The notes: generated by a model from the letters alone, not told the origin. Positions 16,252 through 26,110 are shown, counted from the stretch's first letter. The stretch: 64,000 nt of DNA from Deltaproteobacteria bacterium (GCA_003194485.1 PQXD01000011.1:6093-70092), one strand, 5' to 3'. A program made the numbers and translations.

Positions 16252-17673
16252 ATCTTACCTCCATGCGCCAGGATAATCTCCCTGGCAATTGCCAGCCCGA
16301 GCCCGGATCCGTCTTTTTCCGTATCGTCTGAATCTGGTAGAATCTATCGAATATCTTTTCTGTTTCAGATTTATCTATCCCGGGTCCGGCGTCAATAACA
16401 CCAATTCTTAACCATTTATTACCATTATTATCGGTGTGATCCAAGACGATCTTTATTTTTCCATTTTCAGGGCTAAACTTCACGGCATTGTGCAGAATAT
16501 TCATAAATGCACGAAATAGTCGTTCTTCGTCAACCGGTATATCCTTTTTAGATCTGATACAGATTCAAGCCCTATGTCAAGATTTTTCTCCAGGGCCATG
16601 GGTTCTAATGTCCGGATGATCTTCGAAAAGATCTTTGTGATGTCCGAAGGGTGTTTTTTAATGGGCTCAAGTCTTGCCTTTAGTCTGGAAAGGCGCAAAA
16701 GTTCGTTTATAAGACCATGAAAGCGGCTCATACTTTCGTTTAAAATAGTTACCAATTTTTGCTGGTCTTCATTTAATTTCCCTATTTGGGGCTCGGAAAG
16801 GAGTTTGGCAGCTTCCATCATGGCGGTTAGTGGAGTTCTCAGTTCGTGGCTCGCCACTGCTATGAAATCAGATTTCAGCTTGTCCAATTCCTTGAGCCTT
16901 GCTGCCATATTGTTAAATTCTTCGGCAAGTTTTCCCAGTTCGTCCCGTGGCCCTATGGTAATGGGTTGATCGAAATGGCCCTGGCCAATGATTTCAGTAC
17001 CGCGGCGAAGCTGATCAATCGGTCTTTTTATATACTTGTAAAGGAACAAAGGGGCAAAAAGGGCAAAGAACGTAACAGCTCCGGTCAGTGCCAATATAGT
17101 TACTTTCCTTGCCTGAGAGCTAAGGGATGAGATCGTTGAAGATCTGAGGCTGATCGTTTGCTGTACGCCTTTTTCCAGATCATCCAGCCCTGACATTATG
17201 GTGGAGATCAGGGTCTTGACTTTTTCTTCCCGCCGGGCCTCAATAGGTGTGATCCCAGACGGTCTGCTTTTAGGTGAACTTGCATTAGCATTCCGGGCCA
17301 GCTTTTCAAGTTCATCAAGGTTAAGCTCAATATCAAGGACAACAGGGACAATCCCTTTGGGAGCATCTTTCTTTACATTGATCAGATTGTCCCGGAAGTC
17401 CTGGATCAGGGACATGAGAGAGTGGTAGGCATCCTCTTTGTATAGAGTTACGAGACGGCGGCCTTCGCCTTCCATTGAAGGCGGTATTGCTTTAAGATGT
17501 TCTATAGTCTTTGATAGCTCTAAGTCGTGCTTGGCTATGCTGGTCGCAAAACGTTCTAACTCTGACAGGTTGTAGATTGACACCACGCAAGGCAGTATCA
17601 TAATGGCAGAAAGTATCAGGTAGCCCAAAAAAAGCTTGTTAAAGAGACTTAGGTCGTTCTTAAGCAACTTCAT
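16164..17673 (-). pseudogene. Sensor histidine kinase (TM-HAMP-HisKA-HATPase) interrupted by two -1 frameshifts
   Basis: Frame a: ..FIAVASHELRTPLTAM.. to the stop at 16501. Frame b resumes DIPVDEERLFRAFMNILHNAVKF...[14 protein letters not shown]. Frame c resumes [31 protein letters not shown].. to the stop at 16164. The shifts are at the + strand T5 run (16545-16549) and near 16331-16333. Confidence 0.75.
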
Positions 17674-17724
17674 AATTTAGGATTTTATCACAACTCAGAT
17701 ATCTCTCAATAAAATAAAAAAGAA

Positions 17725-19184
17725 ATGGGCAGGGAATCCAATATCAGACAGAGTGATAAAAATACGGCCTCAACGCCGCTAATACTCCTGGTAGATGACG
17801 ATGAGAGCATACTTGAAACGACAAAGATGCGTCTCAAGCTCTTTGGTTATGAAGATATCATCACGGCCTCAGATCCTATAGATGCCCTGAGGATATTCAG
17901 AGATCAAGATGGAAGGATTGATCTTCTCCTGTCTGACCACAGGATGAGCGGCATGAGCGGAAAGGAACTCATGGAAGAGTGCCTTAAGATAGATCCTGAT
18001 CTCCAGACTATTATCTTCACAGCCTATGGCACTATAGAGAAAGCAGTCGAGGCGATGAAGGCCGGGGCCTTCTCCTATGTAGAAAAGCCGATAAATCATG
18101 AAGAGCTTGCCTTGAAAATAGAAAAGGCCATTGAGAAGAGAGAATTGTTGAAAAAGGTGGCTTACCTTGAACATATAGTGGAGAAACAATCCCGGTTCGC
18201 GGACATGATCGGCAACAGCCCCCAGATAAAGGCCGTATTCAGGCAGATAGAACAGGTTGCCCCTATCGACAGCACCATAACCATCTACGGTGAATCGGGG
18301 ACCGGGAAGGAATTGGTGGCCAATGCCATACACTTCCACAGCCCGAGAAACAAAGGCCCTTTTGTGGCCGTTAATTGTGCGGCCGTCCCTGAGACATTAC
18401 TGGAAGACGAGTTTTTTGGCCATATAAAGGGAGCCTATACAAATGCCGTAACCGGCAAGGTTGGATTGTTCAGGCAGGCCCATAAGGGAACACTGTTTCT
18501 GGACGAGGTGGGGGAAATGAGCAAGGCCATGCAGGCCAAGCTACTGAGGGTCATAGAGACAGGAGAAATCAGGCCTCTGGGGAACGACCAGATGCACAAG
18601 GTGGATGTGAGGCTGATAGCGGCAACCCAGAAAGATCTCGGTAAACTGGTTGAAGACGGTCACTTCAGGGAAGATCTGTATTACAGGATCCACGTGGTTC
18701 CAATCAATATCCCTCCTTTGAGGGAAAGACCGGAAGACATTCTCCTGTTCATGCAGCATTTTTTAAAAGAATACGGAGCCAAGATGGGTAAAGATATCAA
18801 GAGAATCGAGGGAGATGTCATTGATGGTTTTCTAACGTATAGCTGGCCCGGGAATGTCCGTGAGTTGAAAAACGTGGTTGAATATCTTGTTGCCGTCTCT
18901 ACAGGGAACACCATAACCAGCGCCATGTTTGCAAATACTTCCCTGGCCAATTACTGTCTGCCCCAAAAAAGGTTCCGCTCAGACAGGCCAAAGATCAGTT
19001 CATCAAGAAATATCTGGAAGATCTTTTCAGGATGACAAAAGGGAATGTCAGCAAAGCCGCCAAGTATGCCGGCTACTACCGGGCGGATTTTTACAAACTC
19101 TTTCAGAAATATGATCTGGATCCTAAGAATTATCGCGGCACCAAAAAGGTCGTGAAGACTGAACACATATCCATCAAAGATTGA
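17725..19184 (+). pseudogene. NtrC-type sigma54-dependent response regulator (REC-AAA+-HTH) with one -1 frameshift before the HTH
   Basis: LLVDDD.., GESGTGKELVANAIH, EDEFFGH. The frame ends at 19035, but the -1 frame reads PKKVPLRQAKDQFIKKYLEDLFRMTKGNVSKAAKYAGYYRADFYKLFQKYDL (a Fis-type HTH) to 19184. The shift is at CCCCAAAAAAGG (18961-18972). Confidence 0.75.
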
Positions 19185-19238
19185 TGTCCAGTACTTAGAA
19201 TACAGTGAAATAATCTGCATCTCGTTTGCCAGTTTATA

Positions 19239-19298
19239 CTTTCTTCAAAAAATGTGCGCTATCGAATTGAATACGGATGCTGAAAACGGAAATTCGAA
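19239..19298. repeat. Interspersed repeat family 3, copy 1 (partner at 35357-35417)
   Basis: CTTTCTTCAAAAAA.GT.C..TATC.AATTGAATACGGATGCTGAAA.CGGAAATTCGAA is shared between the two loci. Confidence 0.55.
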
Positions 19299-19526
19299 CG
19301 CCAAATAATCCGCCCTGGATACGCTCTGCCTTCCCGCCTCAATACCATTTTCAACCAATGCCTTCTTGACCGACATGGCTTCATTACGAGGCATTTTAAG
19401 GATAGTCCATAGTACAGCAGTATGGCAGGTATGAACCACTGGAGTAGCCCGAAGACATGACCTGAAATTTTAACGCAAAGATCTACTGCGAAGAAAACAC
19501 CCGAAGTGAGGACGATGGCCAGGTGC

Positions 19527-19695
19527 CCTGCCTTGGAGCGGTTACCTTTTTCCGGGTTTCAAAGCTCACTCATCGCAGACCGTAGAGGCAGTGCAATCCG
19601 GCCCGCGATCGAAACCCTGCAAAAGGCAAACCGCTCCTGCGGCAGGGCACGGATGGCAACTTCCACAGTGGACCACGGGTTCACCGGATATTTAC
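19527..19695 (+). mobile_element. MITE copy B (left ~30 nt, including the TIR, is missing)
   Basis: Homology starts at CCTGCCTTGGAGCGG and runs to an intact right TIR ..ACGGGTTCACCGGATATTTAC. No TSD is detectable. Confidence 0.8.
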
Positions 19696-19729
19696 CGACT
19701 GCCAAGCATAAAGTAAATAATTACAAGCA

Positions 19730-21226
19730 TTACAGGTCCATAAGGGAGAGCAGGCCTGGAATATCCGCATGATCCGAAATCCAGCAGACCAGACGATCCA
19801 ATTGTTCTTTGCGAAAGGCACTGTAAGAAACGACCCTTTTTATTGGTTCAAGGCCTTGTCTCGTACGTAGAAAATCCAGGAAATATCTCCTAAGGGAGTC
19901 ATTTTCGAACATGCCATGGATATATATGCCAATGGCAACCATGTTTTCACTCACAGCCCCGATATCTGCACCGAGACCGGGACCTAAAGGTATAAATGAT
20001 CCCTCGGCGCGGGTTGCCCCCATGTGGATTTCATAGCCCTTGACTGGTAAAGGATCCGGGAAAAGCGGCGGCAGCTCAACCGTGATGTCCGTCCGGGACA
20101 GGCTTTTTTTGCTGTACATCTCAGTGACTACGGGAAGCAGTCCCAGACCTGATGATGACCCTGGTTGTCCTTCCACCCCGTCCGGATCTCTTACCTCTAT
20201 GCCCAGTATCTGGTATCCCCCGCAAATTCCCAAAATTATTGTTCCATTTTTTGCTCTATCGTGAATTGTTGTGTCCCAACCGGTATCCTTCAAGAACTCC
20301 AGGTCGGAGCGGGTATTTTTTGTGCCCGGGATTATCAGACAATCGCATCTGCTTGACTCTTCAGGTCTTTGAGCAAAAGAAAGAGCAACATCTCTCTCAA
20401 AGGCCAAGGGGGCAAAGTCCGTAAAGTTACTGATCCTTGGCAGATGCACTACGGTGATTTTTAAAGGACCGTTATGGTTTTTTCCTGAAACAGCGTTTAC
20501 AAATACACCGTCCTCCTGGTCTGCTACTATGTCGTTGAACCAGGGAAGCACGCCAAAGACAGGAAGGGGTATAATCTGTTGAAACTTGGATATCCCAGGG
20601 CTGAGGAGTGACATGTCTCCGCGAAATTTGTTGATTATAAAGCCTGAAACCCTGGTCCGGTGTCTCTCGGATACAAGGTCATAGGTACCTTTTAGCCAGG
20701 CGAAAACACCTCCCCTGTCTATGTCGCCGACTATGACAACCGGTGCCTCGGCGTAGGCTGCCATTTCCATGTTTACGAGGTCAGTGGCCTGTAGATTGAT
20801 TTCAGCCGGGCTTCCGGCCCCTTCCAGGACCAGCAGGTCAAAATCCCGGGACAGGGAGTCAAAGGCCTGCCTGACTACTTTCAAATTGTCTTGATAGTTC
20901 GAATAATAGGATCGGGCAGCCAGATTTCCTGCTGGTTTCCCCATGAGGATTACCTGTGATTGGGAGTCGCCGGTGGGTTTAAGCAGTATCGGATTCATCC
21001 GGACATCGGGCAAAAGCCCGCATGCCTCTGCCTGGTATACCTGGGCCCTTCCCATTTCAAGGCCGTCGAGAGTGACAAAAGAATTAAGAGACATGTTCTG
21101 TGCCTTGAAAGGTGCAACCCTAAAGCCTTTTTGCCAAAGCACCCGGCAGAAGGCTGCGACAAGCATACTCTTTCCGACACCCGAGCCTGTCCCCTGGAAC
21201 ATGATGCATCTGGTTCTGTTTGCCAT
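19730..21226 (-). CDS. cobQ: Cobyric acid synthase
   Basis: GTGSGVGKS, PFKAQNMSLNS, and a C-terminal GATase (ILGICGGYQILG). 498 aa. Confidence 0.92.
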   Translation of the reverse strand: MANRTRCIMFQGTGSGVGKSMLVAAFCRVLWQKGFRVAPFKAQNMSLNSFVTLDGLEMGRAQVYQAEACGLLPDVRMNPILLKPTGDSQSQVILMGKPAGNLAARSYYSNYQDNLKVVRQAFDSLSRDFDLLVLEGAGSPAEINLQATDLVNMEMAAYAEAPVVIVGDIDRGGVFAWLKGTYDLVSERHRTRVSGFIINKFRGDMSLLSPGISKFQQIIPLPVFGVLPWFNDIVADQEDGVFVNAVSGKNHNGPLKITVVHLPRISNFTDFAPLAFERDVALSFAQRPEESSRCDCLIIPGTKNTRSDLEFLKDTGWDTTIHDRAKNGTIILGICGGYQILGIEVRDPDGVEGQPGSSSGLGLLPVVTEMYSKKSLSRTDITVELPPLFPDPLPVKGYEIHMGATRAEGSFIPLGPGLGADIGAVSENMVAIGIYIHGMFENDSLRRYFLDFLRTRQGLEPIKRVVSYSAFRKEQLDRLVCWISDHADIPGLLSLMDL

Positions 21227-21291
21227 GATTCAATAGATTAGGGTCTGGATATAAAAGTGCAATATTAAAAAACGCTTAAGCAACAGTTTGA

Positions 21292-21486
21292 GTAAATATT
21301 CGGTAAACCCGTTACATCCTGCCTTGGAGCGGTTACCTTTTTCCGGGTTTCAAAGCTCACTCATCGCAGACCGGAGAGGCAGTGCAATCCGGCCCGCGAT
21401 CGAAACCCTGCAAAAGGCAAACCGCTCCTGCGGCAGGGCACGGATGGCAACTTCCACAGTGGACCACGGGTTCATAGAATATTTAC
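21292..21486 (+). mobile_element. MITE copy C (195 bp, complete)
   Basis: Both TIRs are present. Perfect TSD CAGTTTGA at 21284-21291 and 21487-21494. Confidence 0.9.
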
Positions 21487-21616
21487 CAGTTTGACTATCT
21501 CTTCTGTCTTTTATCAGAAATTTTGTGGAGGGAAAATACTTTTATGTGCGTTGACACATTGTACCATGGGAAGATATAGTGATTTAGTTAATCCAAAACA
21601 GGAAGGGGGGATACCC

Positions 21617-21808
21617 TTGGCGATTGTGGTAGAAGTCCAGGAAAACCTGGAAAAGGCCCTCAAGGTGCTAAAGAAAAAGATGCAGCTTGACGGGCTTCAG
21701 CGGGAACTGAAAAATCGTCGCTTTTACGAAAAACCGAGTGTAAAAAAACGACGCAAGATGCAAGAGGCCGAACGCAGACGTCGCAAAGCCCGACGCAGAC
21801 GTCGCTGA
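21617..21808 (+). CDS. rpsU: 30S ribosomal protein S21
   Basis: ..VVEVQENLEKALKVLKKKMQLDGLQRELKNRRFYEKPSVKKRRK.. A TTG start at 21617 follows a GGAAGGGGGG RBS. The upstream part of the track ORF (from 21491) is not S21-like. Confidence 0.85.
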   Translation: MAIVVEVQENLEKALKVLKKKMQLDGLQRELKNRRFYEKPSVKKRRKMQEAERRRRKARRRRR

Positions 21809-21827
21809 TGATCTGATTTAATTATTT

Positions 21828-21854
21828 AAAGAGCCAGACTTGATCTGGTTCTTT
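21828..21854 (+). terminator. Putative terminator after rpsU
   Basis: AAAGAGCCAGA-cttga-TCTGGTTCTTT. Confidence 0.45.
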
Positions 21855-21922
21855 AACTTGACAGCGAATGCTCACACTCCCCGGCAGAAAATGGATATTA
21901 CGACATTATGTTATAATATTAT

Positions 21923-21999
21923 TGGGGTGAGCGATGGGAATCGAACCCACAGCCTTCGGGGCCACAACCCGACGCTCTAGCCGTTGAGCTACGCCCACC
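21923..21999 (-). tRNA. tRNA-His (GTG)
   Basis: Cloverleaf folded by hand. It has the G-1 extra base, acceptor GTGGGCG/CGCTCAC, anticodon loop TTGTGGC, T-loop TTCGATT, and an encoded CCA. Confidence 0.9.
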
Positions 22000-22052
22000 A
22001 CTGATTTTGATACAATATCATATATCTTTTGGGCAAGGAAGAGATCTTGCAA

Positions 22053-22129
<77 letters not shown>

Positions 22130-22369
22130 GCTTTATATATGTTAAGGTACTTTAATTTGGCCGGTATTGATTGTCAAACCTGATCAAATAACCACTCCCA
22201 TATGAATCCTTGCCGCCGGCAGTGGTTCAGTTAAATGTATGGCTTGATCTTTACGGATTATTTGCCTTAGTTGAAAGATTAGGCATTTTGTTATTATATT
22301 GAAAATAGAGACATTTTGAAAAAATAGTGCATCATGCCCTAATGTTTATAATAATTAAGGAGTTAACAA

Positions 22370-23512
22370 ATGGATAAGCGCTACCTCATGGCTCCCGGCC
22401 CTGTTACTGTAGCACCCGAGGTTCTGGCAAAGATGTCAGAGCCTATCATCCACCACAGGTCACCTCAATTTTCAGCGATACTCAACAGGGTCAGGGAGGA
22501 TCTCAAATATCTCTATCAAACGAAAAATGATGTCCTGATCCTGGCATCTTCTGGTACTGGAGGCATGGAGGCATCTGTCGTCAACTTGCTTTCTCCAGGA
22601 GACAAGGCCTTGGTGATACGGGGAGGGAAGTTTGGTGAGCGCTGGGATGAGCTGTGCAATACTTATGGAGTAAATGCGGTAAATATAGACGTCACCTGGG
22701 GAGAGGCCGTTGATCCACAGGAAGTCAAGAAGGTTCTGGACGCCAATCCGGAAGCCAGGGCCGTATTTGTCCAAGCCCACGAAACCTCCACCGGAGTCAA
22801 ACACCCTGTCAAGGAATTGGGGGAACTGATCAGGGAGAGACCGAACACGGTTCTGGTAGTTGACGCCATAAGTGCCCTCGGGGTTTATGAGCTTAAGACG
22901 GATGACTGGGGTCTGGATGTGGTGATAACGGGCTCCCAGAAATCCCTGTCCCTGCCGCCCGGTCTGGCATTTGTGAGTATCAGCGAAAAGGCCTGGGAGT
23001 TTGTAGAAAAGGCGCAACTGCCAAAATACTACTTCAATTTCCTAAAGGAGAAAAAGGCCCTTGCGAAACAGACCACCGCCTTCACTCCAGCGGTCTCCCT
23101 TATAGTTGGGCTTGAAGAGGTACTTCGCAGCATACGGACAGCCGGGCTTCCCGTCCTCTTTGCTCACCACAGGCGTCTTTCAGAAGGTACAAAGGCAGGA
23201 GTGGCTGCCATGGGGCTTGAGTTTTTCTCTATGGCCCCATCCGAGGCCATAACGGTCATCAAGTCCCCTGAGGGAATAGATGGCCAGGATGTGGTTAAGA
23301 TCCTGAGAGAAGAATACGGGATCACCATCGCAGGCGGCCAGGCCCAGGCCAAGGGTAAGATCTTCCGTATTTCCCATATGGGACACTTGGTCGAATGGGA
23401 TATGATTATCGCATTGGCCGCGGTGGAAAGAGCGCTCAAGCAACTCGGTTATTCTATTGAATTGGGGAGGGGTGTTGCTGCCGCAGAGGCGTACTTTGCT
23501 CAAAATAGGTAA
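22370..23512 (+). CDS. Class-V PLP aminotransferase (serine-glyoxylate / phosphoserine aminotransferase type)
   Basis: 380 aa. ..VVITGSQKSLSLPPGLAFVS.. carries the PLP lysine. It lies directly upstream of serA. Confidence 0.8.
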   Translation: MDKRYLMAPGPVTVAPEVLAKMSEPIIHHRSPQFSAILNRVREDLKYLYQTKNDVLILASSGTGGMEASVVNLLSPGDKALVIRGGKFGERWDELCNTYGVNAVNIDVTWGEAVDPQEVKKVLDANPEARAVFVQAHETSTGVKHPVKELGELIRERPNTVLVVDAISALGVYELKTDDWGLDVVITGSQKSLSLPPGLAFVSISEKAWEFVEKAQLPKYYFNFLKEKKALAKQTTAFTPAVSLIVGLEEVLRSIRTAGLPVLFAHHRRLSEGTKAGVAAMGLEFFSMAPSEAITVIKSPEGIDGQDVVKILREEYGITIAGGQAQAKGKIFRISHMGHLVEWDMIIALAAVERALKQLGYSIELGRGVAAAEAYFAQNR

Positions 23513-23563
23513 TGTATAAGTAAAAATATGGTAATTTTACTTTTTTGAAAGGACAGATAATCC

Positions 23564-25144
23564 ATGAAGGTCTTAGTAACTGACCCAATAGCAAAAGATG
23601 GAATTGAGATTTTAAAAGCCGCCGGGCTTAATGTGGACGAGCGTCCCGGCATCTTGTCAGAGGAACTGATCGAGGCCATTCAGGATGCCGACGGCCTTAT
23701 AATTCGCAGCAATACCAAGGTAACCAGGGAAGTAGTAGATGCTGCCAAAGAGCTGAAAGTTGTGGGAAGGGCAGGTACGGGCCTTGATAATGTAGACATT
23801 GCTGCCTGCAACAGGCGGGGTATCGTTGTGATGAATACCCCGGGAGGCAACACAAACTCCGCTGCGGAACACACCATAGCCATGATAATGGCGCTTTCAC
23901 GCCACATTCCCCAGGCAACCGCCTCAATGAAGGCGGGCAGGTGGGAAAAAAAGCGCTTTTCAGGTCAGGAGGTGGCTGGAAAGACCCTTGGGATAATAGG
24001 TATCGGCCGGATCGGGAGTATCGTTTCACAGCTTGCACAAGGTCTCAAGATGCAGGTTGTGGCATATGACCCTCATATACGTCCGGAAATGGCCAAAAAG
24101 CTCGGAGTGGAGTTGACTGACCTTGACAATGTCCTTGCAAGGGCTGATTACATATCCGTACACACTCCCTTGACCGCAGAGACAAGGGGGTTTGTCAATG
24201 CCGAGCTTTTCAATAAGATGAAGGACGGGGTCATGGTGCTTAACTGTGCCCGTGGCGGGATCATTGACGAACAGGATCTATACGAGGCCATGAAGTCAGG
24301 AAAGGTGGCAGGCGCGGCCCTGGACGTGTTTGAAACAGAACCGGCAGACAAAGAACACCCTCTGTTCTCTCTGGACCGCTTTATCTGTACGCCTCACCTC
24401 GGTGCCTCAACCGGGGAGGCCCAGAAAAACGTTGCCGTGGCTATTGCCAGGCAGATCTCAGACTACCTCACAAAGGGAGAGGTGCGAAATGCCGTAAATA
24501 TGCCATCAGTCAGCGGAGAGACCCTGGTTCAGCTCGCTCCCATCCTCAGCCTTGCCGATAAATTAGGGGCCTTTCATGCCCAGCTTGCCACCGCACCCGT
24601 GGATGAACTAACCATTCACTATCAAGGGGATATAGCAGACCTTGACACCAGACCTGTTACCATATCGGTGATCAAGGGCCTCCTTTCCCCGATACTCAGA
24701 GACGAAGTGAACTTTGTAAACGCCTCTATACTTGCTGAGGAGCGAGGTATAAAAGTTACGGAATCCAAAAGCAAGACATCTGAGGACTTTACCAGTCTCC
24801 TGACCGTTACGGTAAAAACAGCCGACGGTACCAATACCCTGGCAGGAACCATATTCGGGAAAAAAGAACCCCGGCTTGTAAAAATCAATGATTTCTGCCT
24901 GGAAGCCGTACCAGAAGGACATATGTTGCTTATTTACAATGAAGATCGTCCAGGTGTAATCGGTCGAATCGGAATCACCCTGGGTGAGGCGAACATCAAC
25001 ATAGGCCAAATGCAAGTGGGACAGGATCCATTTCATCACCGGAATGTCATACTTCTGACCACTGATGAGCTCGTAGGGCGGGATGTCCTTTCTCGTCTTC
25101 TGCAGCAGGATGGTGTTGAAAAGGCCCAAGCCATTGAACTCTGA
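23564..25144 (+). CDS. serA: D-3-phosphoglycerate dehydrogenase (long form with ASB and ACT domains)
   Basis: GRAGTGLDNVD and GIIGIGRIGS. 526 aa with a C-terminal ACT-like region (LLIYNEDRPGVIGRIG). Confidence 0.92.
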   Translation: MKVLVTDPIAKDGIEILKAAGLNVDERPGILSEELIEAIQDADGLIIRSNTKVTREVVDAAKELKVVGRAGTGLDNVDIAACNRRGIVVMNTPGGNTNSAAEHTIAMIMALSRHIPQATASMKAGRWEKKRFSGQEVAGKTLGIIGIGRIGSIVSQLAQGLKMQVVAYDPHIRPEMAKKLGVELTDLDNVLARADYISVHTPLTAETRGFVNAELFNKMKDGVMVLNCARGGIIDEQDLYEAMKSGKVAGAALDVFETEPADKEHPLFSLDRFICTPHLGASTGEAQKNVAVAIARQISDYLTKGEVRNAVNMPSVSGETLVQLAPILSLADKLGAFHAQLATAPVDELTIHYQGDIADLDTRPVTISVIKGLLSPILRDEVNFVNASILAEERGIKVTESKSKTSEDFTSLLTVTVKTADGTNTLAGTIFGKKEPRLVKINDFCLEAVPEGHMLLIYNEDRPGVIGRIGITLGEANINIGQMQVGQDPFHHRNVILLTTDELVGRDVLSRLLQQDGVEKAQAIEL

Positions 25145-25311
25145 GAAAGTCGTGTCAGTTTCTTGAGGTCAACCTCAAGGTCCTTGAATCAGGACAGGAG
25201 AGAACCGATAATGGCAAGGACGTTTAAGGACATCTAAGGTCAGTAGAACAGTGACAGTGGAAGAGATGTGATTTCATCGGAACGTCCTCTCGCTTCCCGT
25301 TCAATGATTCT

Positions 25312-25893
25312 ATGACGACCAGCCGGCAAAATCTGAAATCTATTATTGAGGCCATGTTATTTGTAGCGGACCGGCCTATTGGTTTAAAGAAATTCATCCA
25401 GCTTTTGCCTGAATATGACAGATATTCAATAATCACTACATTAGAGATTATCCAGAGGGAGTACAGAGACGGAAAATGCGGCTTTGAACTAAAGGAGGTG
25501 GCAGGGGGATTTCGTTTTCAGACCTGCAGGAGCTTGCGAAGCTGGGTGCTGAGGCTCAAGAGGTCGAGTCCGGTGAGGCTCAGCAAAGCAGCCCTTGAGA
25601 CACTTGCCCTCGTGGCGTACAGGCAGCCGATAACAAGGGCGGAGATTGAAAGCGTCAGAGGAGTAGACACCAGCGGCACCCTGCATTTCCTGCTCGACAG
25701 AAATATCATCAGGATTGTCGGCAGAAAAGATCTTCCCGGCCGTCCATTGCTTTATGGCACGACCAGGCACTTTCTAGAGGTATTTGAGTTAAAGGACCTC
25801 TCAGATCTGCCGTCCCTGGCAGAAATGGCCGAGCCAGAACGCCGGACAAACGGGCCTCCTCAAATTCCGTTGTTCAGACAGGTCAGGGGTTGA
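25312..25893 (+). CDS. scpB: SMC-Scp complex subunit ScpB
   Basis: IIEAMLFVADRPI.. and ..LETLALVAYRQPITRAEIESVRGVD.. Confidence 0.9.
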   Translation: MTTSRQNLKSIIEAMLFVADRPIGLKKFIQLLPEYDRYSIITTLEIIQREYRDGKCGFELKEVAGGFRFQTCRSLRSWVLRLKRSSPVRLSKAALETLALVAYRQPITRAEIESVRGVDTSGTLHFLLDRNIIRIVGRKDLPGRPLLYGTTRHFLEVFELKDLSDLPSLAEMAEPERRTNGPPQIPLFRQVRG

Positions 25894-25918
25894 ATTTTAT
25901 TTGAAATAAGGAGCAAGT

Positions 25919-26110
25919 ATGTGCCAGTCCACAGTTTATCTAAAAAAGGCCGATACGGAAGAAGAGATATTGCGTGATGCAATCCTGGTAGAACACTGTC
26001 CTGAAGGGGTCAGAATACAGGGATTGTTTGATGCACCTAAAATCATTCCTGCCCGCATTGCCATCGTTGATCTGTTAAAGAACAGGATCATATTGGAGTC
26101 CCGGAAATAG
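25919..26110 (+). CDS. cooT: CooT-family nickel-binding protein
   Basis: 63 aa. MCQSTVYLKKAD...LFD...IVDL... follows the CooT pattern, including Cys2. Confidence 0.75.
   Translation: MCQSTVYLKKADTEEEILRDAILVEHCPEGVRIQGLFDAPKIIPARIAIVDLLKNRIILESRK

Noticed and set aside
19245-19439. 64-aa minus-strand ORF with an OmpA-like flavour (..EAMSVKKALVENGIEAGR..).
   Set aside because: It is too short and has no signal peptide or continuation. Part of it is repeat family 3. It is treated as non-coding or an unrecognisable remnant.
21340-21480. Resemblance of internal MITE segments to cobalamin-riboswitch motifs (GGCAGTGCAATCCGGCCCGCG and CCACAGTGG), noticed because cobQ and a cobN-like gene are nearby.
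   Set aside because: The motif order does not match the riboswitch architecture, and there is no B12 box in the right place. The same sequence also sits next to unrelated genes (infB, feoB, gatC, tRNAs). It is most likely coincidence.
21288-21494. Recurrent 60-105-aa ORFs sharing ..LPFSGFQSSLIADRRGSAIRPA.. or its antisense. Coordinates in the track: 3229-3546, 3431-3721, 19506-19772, 21288-21494, 26167-26370, 26285-26482, 35545-35898, 35570-35767, 35682-35879, 40880-41098, 40885-41076, 44008-44283, 46941-47234 and 56793-57152.
   Set aside because: They lie entirely within or across MITE copies. Their frames and ends change from copy to copy, and they lack RBS and start-codon context. They are by-products of the repeat, not a gene family.
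25145-25200. The hairpin CTTGAGG-TCAA-CCTCAAG after serA as a terminator.
   Set aside because: The stem is short and no U-tract follows, so the evidence is insufficient.
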